Translations under genes and position numbers: made by a program
Part shown: in pieces, positions 29,601-43,708 of the stretch
How the letters are laid out: the number at the start of each line of letters is the position of its first letter
Position numbering within the stretch: position 1 is the stretch's first letter
Source of the DNA: Guillardia theta CCMP2712
Taxonomy: Eukaryota; Protista; Cryptophyta
Assembly: GCF_000315625.1 (NCBI RefSeq)
Contig: NW_005434561.1
Location: 150,294 to 214,293, forward strand
Reading direction: 5' to 3'
Length of the DNA: 64,000 nucleotides
Notes under the pieces: model-generated
Seen by the model: only the letters and a program-made list of their open reading frames with translations
Databases searched by the model: none
Told to the model about the DNA's origin: nothing

Positions 29601-32600
29601 GGCACCTCCACCGTCCGGTTGATGTACACTTCCGTCGGCACGTACACCGTGTTGTTGACATACACCGTCTGATCCGATCGTCCCCACCCAGTACAAAAAC
29701 ACGCCCGTCACACACTTCGTTGCGAGATCTCTCCCCAATACACTCTCGCACACACCCCTCCCCTCCCCTTCCTCCCTTTCTCGCCCCCTTGCCCCCCCCC
29801 CTCCCCCTCCAATACCCCCAACGTCCTCAAACGTGCCCCCAGCAATGCCCGCTCTCCCTCCCTCACCTTGGTCTCGCAAGGCTCCATGATCGTCCGGTTG
29901 ATGTACACCTCGTACGGCTCTCGGATCGTCCGGTTGACGTATACGACCGTCGGTACCTCCACCGTCTGGTTCACGTACACTACCTTGGTCACCTCCACCG
30001 TCCGGTTGATGTACACTTCCGTCGGCACGTAGATCGTGTTGTTCACGTATACAACCTGCCCCCCACCCCAAGCCGTCAGTCTCTCCGCCCCGTGCTCGTG
30101 CCTCCCCGCCACCTCCTCTCCTCCCTCCGTACCTTGTCTACGCTGCGGTTCACGAATACCTCCTTCGGTACCTCCACCGTCCGGTTGATGTACACCACAA
30201 CCTCCTTCTCCACCGTCCGGTTGATGTACACCTCGTACGGCTCTCGGATCGTCCGGTTGACGTATACGACCGTCGGCACCTCCACCGTCCGGTTCACGTA
30301 CACCAGCGTTGGCACCTCCACCGTCCGGTTGATGTACACATTTCTTGGAACATCAATTATTCGATCCTTGTAAATTGTATTGTTGACGTACACAACCTAG
30401 GTCGCCCTTTATTTTGATTGAATGAAATGAAATTCAGAATTCACCTTCTCGTTGCAAGGTAATTCGACTGTTCGGTTAATGTAGACCTCTTTTGTGATGT
30501 AAATGATTCGATCAACATAAACTGTGTTGTTAATCTTTGAATAGTCAGAATGAATTCAATGTTAGATTCAATTTGTGTCTGTGTACCTTTGTTTTGTTCC
30601 TCTCGTGCTTATTATCATCAATAGCATTCTCATCATCTATAGAATGTTCATCGGTGAATTTGTTCAATTGCAAGCTTTTCATACCATCCTCGTCATCTTC
30701 TTCATCTTCTTGATCGCCTCCATTTTCTTCATCTGAATGAAGCATTAATTTCGCGCAATCCATGGCACATGTGGCTGCATGAAATCCGGGGTTGTAAAAT
30801 TACCGTCAGCTTGTGAGTCTTCGCCATGTGATTTGTCGTCTTCGTTGTCATGATTTTCCTTGCTTTGATTCTTTTGATCCACTGGAGTTTTGTACACGTA
30901 CACAATTTTTTCAATAGGACGATCAATGTATACAATTTTTCCACCTGCAAATGAGTCATGGATACAAGAAACTTCAATCGCTGGAGTCTTACAATCACTG
31001 GCACTTCAACAGTGCGATTCAAATAAACTATCCGGTCCTCCCCATATTTCTTGCCACTTTCCTCATCCACATAGACTTTTTTCTGAACCTGCCAAAAATT
31101 GCTTCAGTCGCATCATAGCGGATATGAAATGCGTCCGCTACTCACCTCTATTGGCACTTGTTCTTTGACTTTAATGAACTTTGGCACTTCAACTGTCACA
31201 TTGAGGTACACAGATTTTTCCACAGTGTTGTTTCGCACAATCTGTATTTGTGTAAGAACATGCCCAAAAAAAAAACAAAAGTCTTCAAAAATGTTCACCA
31301 CTTTGCAGCATGAGCTCGACCCAACTTCAGACGCATATCCTTCTTGACATCTTGTACACACTGAAGAGTTCCCTTTGGAAAATGTCCCAGCTGGACAATC
31401 TACACAAGACGTGGATCCTTTTTCAGAGTATTGTCCAGCAGGACAAGGCATGCATGCAGAGCCCAACTGATAGAACCCAGCATTGCAAGTCCACGGACAA
31501 GAGTTCGTGCTCGAGCCTTTTATCTCCAAATATTCCGAGGAGTCTGGCTTGTTCGAGCACGGTATGCATTCCATAGAGTCAAATCCCACTTTAAATGTTC
31601 CCGGATTGCACGGCATACACGTTGACGACAGCTGTGACTTGAAATGTCCAGGCTCGCATACACAGTCTGCCCTATTCGGCCTTTCATTGCAAGAAGGAGG
31701 GGGACACTGGTGTGGGGAAACAATTAGTACTAATGTGAACACTTCACATCGACTTACTCTCTGTGTGTTCAATTGCATATAGTTTGCAAGATCAATGGTC
31801 AGAATAGGGTATTAAGGTATGAGGCAGGGATTGCGGACTTACAACCTGGAAAATTTCAAATCATTATCGGGATTCGATGAAACATTGTCTTACATTCTAT
31901 AAATAAATCAGAAGCGGAGGAATTCCAATTAAAATCAAAAGTTTCAGTACCAACAAACTAAACGAATGTGACTGATCTTACCGGGTTGTCCTGTACACAA
32001 AGTGAGCCAAGCACAATTTCAAGAAATGAAGCAGGTGGTACTTACGTAGAAGCACTGAATAGAAGAAAGTTGGAATCCACGGGAGGAAAGCGCAATTCAA
32101 GTAAATGCTTCAAATTTCATGAGAAGGCAATGTAGACTTACATACTGCAAAGAAGAGGAATTTCGAAAGATTAAATGATCAGATCACTGTTCAACAAGGA
32201 AAGGCAAGAATCTTACATTCTTCTTGAAGGATGAAGGCTGTTTGGTTTAACGAGAAACAATCCAGTCAGATTAAAAAATGTTTTCAAACAGGATGAGAAT
32301 TACCCCCTGGAGACGAAGGAGCAAAGAGAAGGAAAACCAAGGGTGCATTTCAGACCATAGGTGCAATCGTACAAAAGATCAAAATTAAAAGCTTACCGGC
32401 TGCAAAAACAAAGTCAGCACAATGCTAAGAATGGAAAAACTAATCCATAAGATCAAGTGATCAAAGGTTCAAGGGATCAAGGATCAAGGGATCAAATATG
32501 TCATGCACAAAAACTCTGACTCACCCCCTGTTGATGCGAAAATGAACAAAAAGTAGAAAAGAAGAAGATTCAGAAACTTGAAAGTATTCAAGAATAGAAA

Positions 32601-32779
32601 CTTACGCAGAAGTGCTTGAAAGGGCGACCTGTAGGTGATGCCACGTTGTTGCATCCAGCATATTCACAATCAAACGTGTAATTGCATGCAATTACGTTAG
32701 ACGCCATGGAAAAGGGAACCATGAAAGAAAAGAAGAATCCCAGAAGGGATAACGTCATGATTTTCTCACTGGCAGTCAT
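26624..32779 (-). CDS. Large type-I surface glycoprotein: signal peptide, microexon-encoded Cys segment, TNFR/GCC2-like Cys repeats, many VYINRTVEVP (articulin/alveolin-like) repeats, C-terminal domain and TM helix
   Basis: Hydrophobic N-terminus; C..C.PG.FK and C..CPAGQYS repeats; V/P-rich decapeptide repeats in duplicated exons; TM ATIALYALAGVLVCGILTYAI. Confidence 0.75.
27690..30400. repeat. Intragenic 30-bp-based tandem repeats and duplicated exon-intron blocks
   Basis: CACCTCCACCGTCCGGTTGATGTACA units; near-identical introns repeated (e.g. 27990-28160 vs 29130-29300; 28420-28500 vs 29670-29750). Confidence 0.92.
28529..28702. other. Assembly gap (N run) within the repeat region
   Basis: 174 Ns. 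Confidence 1.
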
Positions 32780-34489
32780 CGATGATATATCTATCAGAGG
32801 ATGTTCATGGTGAGATCTTGCATCTCATGAGCGAAGACTCTGCATCGCTCGGACCGTCTCCTTGCTCGGGACTGCCGTGCATGATAGGTGCAAACTTTCT
32901 AGTTAGAATGCCACCCATTGACCACCCCCTCATTTTACATGTTTTGGACGGGTGTGTGGGAAAATGTGCAAGGGTATTGCATTTCGGCTGACGGGGGGTT
33001 GTTTCTGAAATGGGTGAAATTGGGAAATGAGGGGGTACTATCATATAGCAAGGTCCTAGAGGAGGGTGGGTTGTCCTGGTAGGAGCAAACCCGACAAAGA
33101 AGAGCTTGTCGAAGAGTTCTCATGCGCCACCCCCCCCCTGTGACAGGACCCCTGGGATACAATGAGTACCCGTCCATCTCTGCTTGAAAGAACTGGAATA
33201 GGACCCCTTCGGCATGTCTGCACCCTTTCGAGGCACAGCCTCCCCACAGCCTTGTGGTAAGAGTATATCCCCCAGGCAAAAATTTGAAATGGTGGAGAGC
33301 AAGATATGTACTACCCACCAGATGTCGTGGAGTCAACATATGAAAGATGGGGTACTTGTAAATAAAAGAGGCTCCAGCCGTATCTTTTTTTGAATCTTCC
33401 AGTCAAACCGATAAAATGTAATACAATTATGTGATTTCAAAGTTTCTAGAAACCCCCGTACAGTTTGGAGCTACTTATAAAAAAAAACGCAGAAAGGCAT
33501 ATGACCCGTGACAAACATAAAATCTTATAAGTTTAAAAGGGCTTTGTAAAGTTGGGACGGCCGCAGCCCGGAATTCAGAATCCGGCCGAACTGGAAAATG
33601 GCCCAGGACTCACGGGTAGAGACAAGCCGCTCGTATTATTGATTTTTAAATTAACTTTGAGTAAAATTTTGACCCCCTAGCCCACTATGGAGGCCGGGTC
33701 ACAGTCCATGATTACGACTAAAGATTACAACTAGGCTGTGATACAGAAGATACACCGCACAGCCGCTGAATCATGTGATGCCCGGCGGTCGGAACGTGAC
33801 TCGTAACTCGAGTCGTGGCCCGGACTCAAAGTTAAGTGAAAGCCGGTACTGTACGGTATATGAGTAAAGTATATGACCGAAAGAGTTTGCTGCGCGGCGA
33901 CTCAGCGGGCGGCCTTGAAAGAGACTCGGCGGCTTGAAAACTGAAGTACCGTCAGTCAAGTTATACGGCCAGTGACCGACCTCTCATCCGATATGATCAG
34001 TGCCGCGCCGCGCACCCGGCCGGCCCTGAGCTCTGGTTTACTACGGCGGTACTGCTACCGGGTGACCCGGTCCGTTCAACTAGCCTGTAGTAGTACTATA
34101 AAAAGTACTAACTTAGTAAGTCATCCGATCCGATCATCTGGTGCTTCCGTCTCACGGCGTGGCACACTGTGACACGCAGCCTGACACTCCGCCGGACTCG
34201 GCCGCTCCGAGCTCGGCCCCGGCCGGGGATTCCGACCGACGTCGGCGTGCCGCGTGCAGGAAAGACAGTACTAAGAATCACCCCTGCCCATCCTGGCAGT
34301 GGGCCCACCGTCGGAGTCCGACGGTCGGCGGCCCGCCACTCCGGCAAACCGTTTTATTTGACCGCGTCGGTTGTGTAAATCATATCAGTCTTGACAAATG
34401 TTGGAGAATGTGTATGCGCGGAATTGCGACAAGAGAGGAAGAAATGCAGTAGAGAACTTTCAGCTGCGGATTGCAATGACGATGATGCA

Positions 34490-37350
<2,861 letters not shown>

Positions 37351-37425
37351 ATCATCTTGGGGTTTGATCACTTATCGCTACCTCACTGATACTTGACGGA
37401 TCACAAAATTTCAGCTGAGAGTCTC

Positions 37426-39221
37426 ATGGGAGATGAGACAGGACGTGTATGATATGAAGGTGAGTAATGACGAAGCATGAGATGCAAGTTGATTGCTCTT
37501 GGTGTTATCAGCACCTCAAGTTCTACCGATTTGAGCTCTCAAAACAAGACCCAAACGCACTGCTCTCCTTCCCTGCGGTGATGCTTTGCCTGCCGGTTCG
37601 AGTTTTCATCATCATATCAGGATGTGAGAGTCGCACATGAAGAGCTTGAGAGAAGAATGGAGAAGTGACGCGATCATGCTGCGACAACAATTCTCTGAAT
37701 GTTTGCAGGTTCCTCACAGATCTTGAAAGAGACATGAACCGCGACTGGTACACGACTTATCCAGTGAGTTGCTCTCGTTCAACTGCCTGCCGTCCTGATG
37801 TTGCTGGTCCCTGCAAAAGGCTGCAAGGTCAGCCGGAGCAAACATCTCTCATCCTCCCACCGTCTTTTGCTTCTCTTCCTTGGCACAAGTGAGAAGCTCG
37901 ACTGACGAGGAGGCGGATCGATGTCTGCGTTGGATGCAAGCCAATCTGGTCGCCAATGTTGGCAGCAAGGCGGGAAGGAAGGACCCTGACTTGACCCTGA
38001 TCGAACCCTCCTCTCCTTCCTCGCCCTCCTCTGCTTTCACACCGGTCGATTTCGAGCTGAAAAAGCAGCTGAGAAATCGAATCGTTGCTAACCGTCTCCC
38101 TTCGCTCACCTTCAGTGCAAGGTTTCTGCGCCTGAGCTGTACTCAGTTTTGACGTATGCGCGCAGTGAAGAGCTGGAGGACGCCAGGCCTGGACATGATG
38201 GAGGAATGGGTAGTGAGGCGGGAGCGGAAGCGTCAGGTAGCTTGGGGGAGCAATGCAGGAGCTCGTGGCAAAGGCGGCAAGTTGAAATCATGGCAGGAGA
38301 GCTCAGTGATCATGCGGCGAAGAGGAAGAACCGACAGGTTGTGCCGGTGAGCATGCAAGGGTGCGAGGGAATGGAAGACCTTAAGGCGCTTCTGCTCAAG
38401 GGAAAGAGAAGGAGCATGTTTGAGTACGAGCTGCGAGGTGATGTGGCTGCCTTCCTCGTCCCCTTCCTCCTCCTTCCTCTTCTCATCATCCTTGCAGTGA
38501 TCGACGTGGACAAGCTCTCGGAGCTCGGAAGACTGGAGGCGCCGCCTCATCCTCATCCTCCTCAAACGGTCAGAGACATTGCCCGCTAAGGACGTTGACG
38601 ATGAGGAGCAGGTGAAGAATGCGGTCCAATCCCCTCGGCATCTTGTCCGATTCAAAAGCGTAAGCGAGTGGATTGAGGGCAGGGCAAGCAAGAAAGGAGG
38701 AGGAGGGGGAGGGGGAGGAGGAGGAGGAGGAGGAGGAGGAGGAAGAGGAGGAAGAGGAGGAGGAGGAGGAGGAGGAGGAGGAGGAGGAGGAGGAGTAGAG
38801 TTTTTCTGAGACGCAAGATCAGGGTGAGAGACTTCCGCTGCCTTCCAGCTCCTTCAGGGACTTGAGGTCAATCGATCTTCTGCTTCAAACCCTCAGCTGA
38901 TTGCGTGCAGGCTGCTGAAAGAGCACTTGCTCGAGGATGAGAGTTTCATCCAGCAGGTTTGTTGCTTCATCCACATCTTACCATTTGATGGTTGACTGAG
39001 ACTTGCTCGCAACCTTTCCTCGTCTTTCTCTGCCTGTCGTTTCTCTTCTCTATCTGCTCCTGTTTTTGGTTGCTCACTTCTTGCGCATTTCTCTCCCCTA
39101 TCATTGTCTCCCAAGAAGTTGCAACCTACCGTTAGTTTCTTGTTGCTGTCAGATCGCTTGCGCAAGCTCTCATTGCATTTCAGGCTGCCATCACACGCCA
39201 GCAAAGCTTGAGGCGACATAG
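37426..39221 (+). CDS. Hypothetical multi-exon protein with poly-Glu tract
   Basis: Series of short coding-like segments bounded by GT-AG; (GGA)n at 38696-38793; no recognisable domain. Confidence 0.4.
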
Positions 39222-39665
39222 TCTCAACGGTGAGCATTGCGAGGTGAGGGAGAACCTGGAATGACGAGTCATAGACGTTGAGCGGGCCAAGCAACAGTGG
39301 AAAGACAAGATTGACAAGAGCTTGGGGTATCGACATTTCTGTATCATCCTCATCGCATCTCAACCCTGATTCGCTAGTCATCGCCTGATGACTTGTTTGT
39401 TTCTCCCTGTTGCAATGCCATGCTTAGAATCTGCTCATTCTTCTTCAACAGCTCCTCAAGCGCTCGCATGCCTCCTCTTCCAACGCTGAGATGACTAGAG
39501 AAAGAAGGAAGGTGAAGAAGCCTCGCCATTAGATACACAATAGGGTGCCAACGCGGCAAACTTGTTCGAGGAAGTGTATTACAATATTTCCATGTGATGT
39601 TCTAGATAAACGGGTCTGTACATTTACACCTTGACACAAACAGAAGCTCTGCTGTCATTCTGCCA

Positions 39666-42600
39666 TCACACCTTCATCTTTTTACCTGCTCGGTAGCGCC
39701 AGAGGCAGAGGATACAGAAGAGGAGGACCCCAGCAATGAGTCCAGCTGTACTCCAGGAGATCCACGGCCGAGAGAAGATGATGTCTCTTGCCTCCACCGA
39801 CAGGTCAGCAACGACGGGAATATTTCTCGCCAGCCGCAGCGAGCGAGTCGGCAGCCTCTGCCCGAGAGAAGCCTCAGTGTAGAGGCGACCCCCCGCGAAG
39901 AAGTCGGAGCCGAGGTTGTGGTCGCGGAGGTGCTGCTGGAGGACGAGCTTGCCTTGCGAGAGCACGCGCTCATCGATCAGGAAGTCCTTCACTATGTCGG
40001 AGAAGTTTCCGAGGTGGTAGAAGTCGAACGCGGTGACTTGCAGGTACATACCCAGCTCGTAGCTGGAGGCGAAGCTCCCGTCGTCCATGTACAGGCGGTA
40101 TCTGAACTTGTCCCGCTCTGCCTCCACGCGGCCTGTCGGGGCTGCAGCGCCAGCGGGACGAGGAAAGTCGTCAAACTTGCAGGCGATAGACAGGTTGAGC
40201 CAAAGGATCTCGTCGGCCTGGAGAATGAGGCAGGGAGGAGTGCCGTTGAGCTGCGCTAGATACCTCATCCTCCCGAAGCTTGACTCGCAAGGTTGCTCGT
40301 GGAAGACCGAGATGAGGCAGGAGGAGCTGCGGATATCTGCACAGTGACGTTCTCCTGCTACCTGCCTGTCCAACGGGCAAATACAAGAAGTCGAAAACAG
40401 CTGAGGAGCATCATTGTTATACTGCACAAGTTGTCTTCCCGCGATGCAGGGGATTGGGAGGAGAAAGCGCTGAGGGATGGAGTTGAAGGAGCACAAAGGT
40501 CCTTCACACGTGGAAGAAGCAGCTCTCCACATCAAGGTCGCCAAGAGATTCTGTTTAGACTCGAAGGCTGCGAAGTAAATCCTGACTTCAATCGCAACCG
40601 GCACATCCTTCTCCAGATAAACTTGTGCATTCAAAGTCTGCGGTGGAGAGAATCGATCATTCCTCCATATGACCAGGTTGTTGTCGATCCAGATCTCAAG
40701 GGATCCATCCCCGTTGAATGAAAACTCGTATTCCTGAGAGGAAGGAGGGAGCAGATATGCTCCAAACTCCGCAAAGACGCGGTTGTCGGTCAAGAAAGAG
40801 GAACCCGCGGTCTGAATGGAGGCGGGCGAGCTTGAATCAAAGGACATCATGGGTTGGATCATACTCTGATTGAAATTCGTCCTCATCGAGTAGAATGTCG
40901 AGAAGAATCCGCCAAGTCCTGTTGGAGAGAGAAGGTGTGTGGGAATCAACTGCGCTGGGAGATACTTACCCTCGGTATCCTTCTTGGCCAGCAGGAGGAA
41001 AGGTGACGGGACTGAAGTGTCGATTGGAGTTACCTGAGTCAGCTGAGCTCCATCTACTGATAGAGCAGACAGCAAGACAAGAGCATCCTGTCTCGCCATA
41101 GTGAAGACTGGTATGGAGATGGGGGGGGAGCCTGAGGATGGAGGGAGGAGGATCATCGGCTGCCGATAGTCGTCGCGATCGAAGAAGATGACTGCCAGCG
41201 CGCCAGCTTGTTGTGACGCCAAAGTCTTCTGCAAGAAAAAGCAGCCTCCTCGTTCGAGCAGAACAATGCTGTCCGTGATGTTGGACGAGAACCAGAAGTT
41301 TTGATTCGATGGCCCGCATCCCGCGGATTGAGAGCGGGACTGTTCAAGCGCAGCAAGGGGCACTGAAGCTTTCTGCGAGAGGCAACGAAAGAGGCTCGAG
41401 TTCTCATACTTCATCCCAAAGTAACTAGACGATCGCACTTTGAGATTCAACGAGGAGGAGTTGACCGAGAAAGAGAGAGAAGAAACATCCCCTGCTGGGT
41501 TTGGAGAAACAGGAGGTAGCAAAGGAACAAAGAAGGGCAACAGAAGCTCAACGTCGTAAACTTCCGCCACCTGATTATAAATCTCCACGTCCACTTGCAA
41601 AGGAGCTCCAGGCTCGAAGAGAATGTCAGAGCTGACGGCACGAGCGCGGGAGCATGTGACTGGAGATTCGATGTTTGCACAGAAGGAAGAGTCAGTGACT
41701 TGTTCTAGGTTGACCTCCCTCCGGTTAATCCAAAGGCGGGGAAGAAGGTAGGGATAACTCCGGTCTTGAGCTGACACTACAACAAGTCTCACAGTCGCCC
41801 GTTCTTGAGGGGCAAGACTGGCAGACAAGCGAGCGCTGTAGAGAGTCTCTTGCATGTTCGCCCCGGGGGACCACAGCACGTTTGGAGACGAGAACGTTGG
41901 TTGAATGATGGTGGAATAAGAAGAGGTTTCAAGTCCTCTCTCCCGTGATGTCACTGCACCGTAAAATGATGCATATATGCCCCCCCCCCCAAATCCACTT
42001 GTCATCAAGTTTTGTAACCATCCTGTGGGTATAGGAATGACCTCGTTGCTATTGTCACCCGTCATTGCTACCTGAAGCATACGAAATCTGTTATCCTCGA
42101 TGCTCAACGACTCTTCAGTGCTGTGAATTACAATCATCGTGTATCGCATCCCCCTTTTCAAAAGTGTTGATTTGCCTCCAATGAATCTTCTAGTGGCCGA
42201 TATCCCATCGAACAGGATGGGAGCCGAAGTGCTGCTGTCTACGTTCCATCCATCAACCACGATCTTGCTCTTTCCGCTCTCCTCGTTGAGGTACACGGCG
42301 ACAGGACCTCCGGCACGCGCAACGAACTTGATCCTGACGTCTGCGGGCACGACAAGCCTGGAGAGCATTCTGACGCTGAAGGCCTGCGGGGAGAAGCGCC
42401 AGCTGAAAGGCTCGGGCAGAGCTTGAAACCAATCGAAAGAGAGAGAGTCTCGGAGCTCCGACAAGACATGCCCTCCGAAGTTGACGGTGTCGTAGTAACT
42501 CACGGCGACGCTCCTCGTCGACCTCACATTGGGCTCAGGAGCTGCAGGTCTCTGAACGGCATCAAAGAGCGAAGCGATGGCGGCGTTAGACAAGAATGGC

Positions 42601-42764
42601 GAGTTCGTGTCCAGCCCAGCAAAGGCACCAGCTCCGTCCTGCTGCGTGAGATTTCGAAGCGTCAAAGGCAATTCCGGAATGGGAAGGACGGGAAATTGGG
42701 ATCGGGAGAGTGCAAACAAGTTTGTTATGACGACGATGAAACCAAGGCAACGTAATGCACCCAT
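39666..42764 (-). CDS. Type-I membrane protein with PA14-like and protease-associated (PA) domains
   Basis: Signal peptide MGALRCLGFIVVITNLFALS; PA motif IVLLERGGCFFLQK..ASQQAGALAVI...ISIPVFTM; PA14-like YEFSF.GDGSLEIWIDNNLVI; C-terminal TM. Confidence 0.8.
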   Translation of the reverse strand: MGALRCLGFIVVITNLFALSRSQFPVLPIPELPLTLRNLTQQDGAGAFAGLDTNSPFLSNAAIASLFDAVQRPAAPEPNVRSTRSVAVSYYDTVNFGGHVLSELRDSLSFDWFQALPEPFSWRFSPQAFSVRMLSRLVVPADVRIKFVARAGGPVAVYLNEESGKSKIVVDGWNVDSSTSAPILFDGISATRRFIGGKSTLLKRGMRYTMIVIHSTEESLSIEDNRFRMLQVAMTGDNSNEVIPIPTGWLQNLMTSGFGGGGIYASFYGAVTSRERGLETSSYSTIIQPTFSSPNVLWSPGANMQETLYSARLSASLAPQERATVRLVVVSAQDRSYPYLLPRLWINRREVNLEQVTDSSFCANIESPVTCSRARAVSSDILFEPGAPLQVDVEIYNQVAEVYDVELLLPFFVPLLPPVSPNPAGDVSSLSFSVNSSSLNLKVRSSSYFGMKYENSSLFRCLSQKASVPLAALEQSRSQSAGCGPSNQNFWFSSNITDSIVLLERGGCFFLQKTLASQQAGALAVIFFDRDDYRQPMILLPPSSGSPPISIPVFTMARQDALVLLSALSVDGAQLTQVTPIDTSVPSPFLLLAKKDTEGKYLPAQLIPTHLLSPTGLGGFFSTFYSMRTNFNQSMIQPMMSFDSSSPASIQTAGSSFLTDNRVFAEFGAYLLPPSSQEYEFSFNGDGSLEIWIDNNLVIWRNDRFSPPQTLNAQVYLEKDVPVAIEVRIYFAAFESKQNLLATLMWRAASSTCEGPLCSFNSIPQRFLLPIPCIAGRQLVQYNNDAPQLFSTSCICPLDRQVAGERHCADIRSSSCLISVFHEQPCESSFGRMRYLAQLNGTPPCLILQADEILWLNLSIACKFDDFPRPAGAAAPTGRVEAERDKFRYRLYMDDGSFASSYELGMYLQVTAFDFYHLGNFSDIVKDFLIDERVLSQGKLVLQQHLRDHNLGSDFFAGGRLYTEASLGQRLPTRSLRLARNIPVVADLSVEARDIIFSRPWISWSTAGLIAGVLLFCILCLWRYRAGKKMKV

Positions 42765-43116
42765 AATTAGGTTCTTCAGACAACTCGGTGATGTACTGGA
42801 AGAGCAGGTACCACAACAGGCTTTAACGCCATTATCTGTTCGAAAACAAGAGATCATTGTTCATGCATGCAGTTCAACATCTTGCAATCTGTCCCCCTTC
42901 TAAGACCCACCATGTGAAGACATTTTTCTATACCGTCTCATTCTTCACACCCATGAACAAAATCCGCTGCACCTTTAGTCCTCGTCCATCTATCTCGTTC
43001 CTTCCTGCACACATCTTCTGCGCCATGTAGCATTTTGAACGTTTCTCCTGTTCCCACCTTCAACCCTCCTCATCAATTTTATCTCCGCTCCCTATTCCCT
43101 CTCCCTCCAACTCGTA

Positions 43117-43235
43117 TCTCACATTCTTCTCGTCTGTTCACCTCCTTTCACATTCTTCTCGTCTGTTCACCTCCTCTCACATTCTTCTCGTCTGTTCACC
43201 TCCTCTCACATTCTTCTCGTCTGTTCACCTCCTCC
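43117..43235. repeat. 29-bp tandem repeat x~4
   Basis: TCTCACATTCTTCTCGTCTGTTCACCTCC repeated. Confidence 0.9.
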
Positions 43236-43708
43236 TTCTCCCTCGCCTGCTTGCTGCCTTATGATAGCACAAACTTTCCTCGCCATGCTGACACCAACAG
43301 ACCCTACCTCATCGAATAGCAAGGCAAATTACTAGCAAGGACGGGTGATACACATGGGGAATGAGGGATAGAGGGTAGGGTGAAGTGTTGGGTGGTCCCA
43401 CAGGGGGGTGGGTGGGGTCTTGGACCGAACTTTCCAGTATCGGCTCAGGCTGTTTGTCGCCCTGCAAGCATGAAGGTGAGCTTGAGGAAACGAGGAGAGG
43501 AAGGAGACGGAGGAGAGAGGGAGGGGAGAGGGGGGAGAGAGAGGGGAGAGAGGGAGGGGAGGAGGGGTGGGAGAAGTAGGGCTAGACATGTTGGGTCATG
43601 CAGAGATAGAGAGACGGGGCGAAAGAGTGAGAGGAGGAGGGGAAGGAGATTCTGATAGGCTGCAAGAACTCCTGGCTTGTCTGCTTTCGTCTCATGGGTG
43701 GTGGGAGG

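Noticed and set aside
31951-31957. Additional 7-nt microexon
   Set aside because: Would need a 24-nt intron and would break the frame kept by the other microexons.
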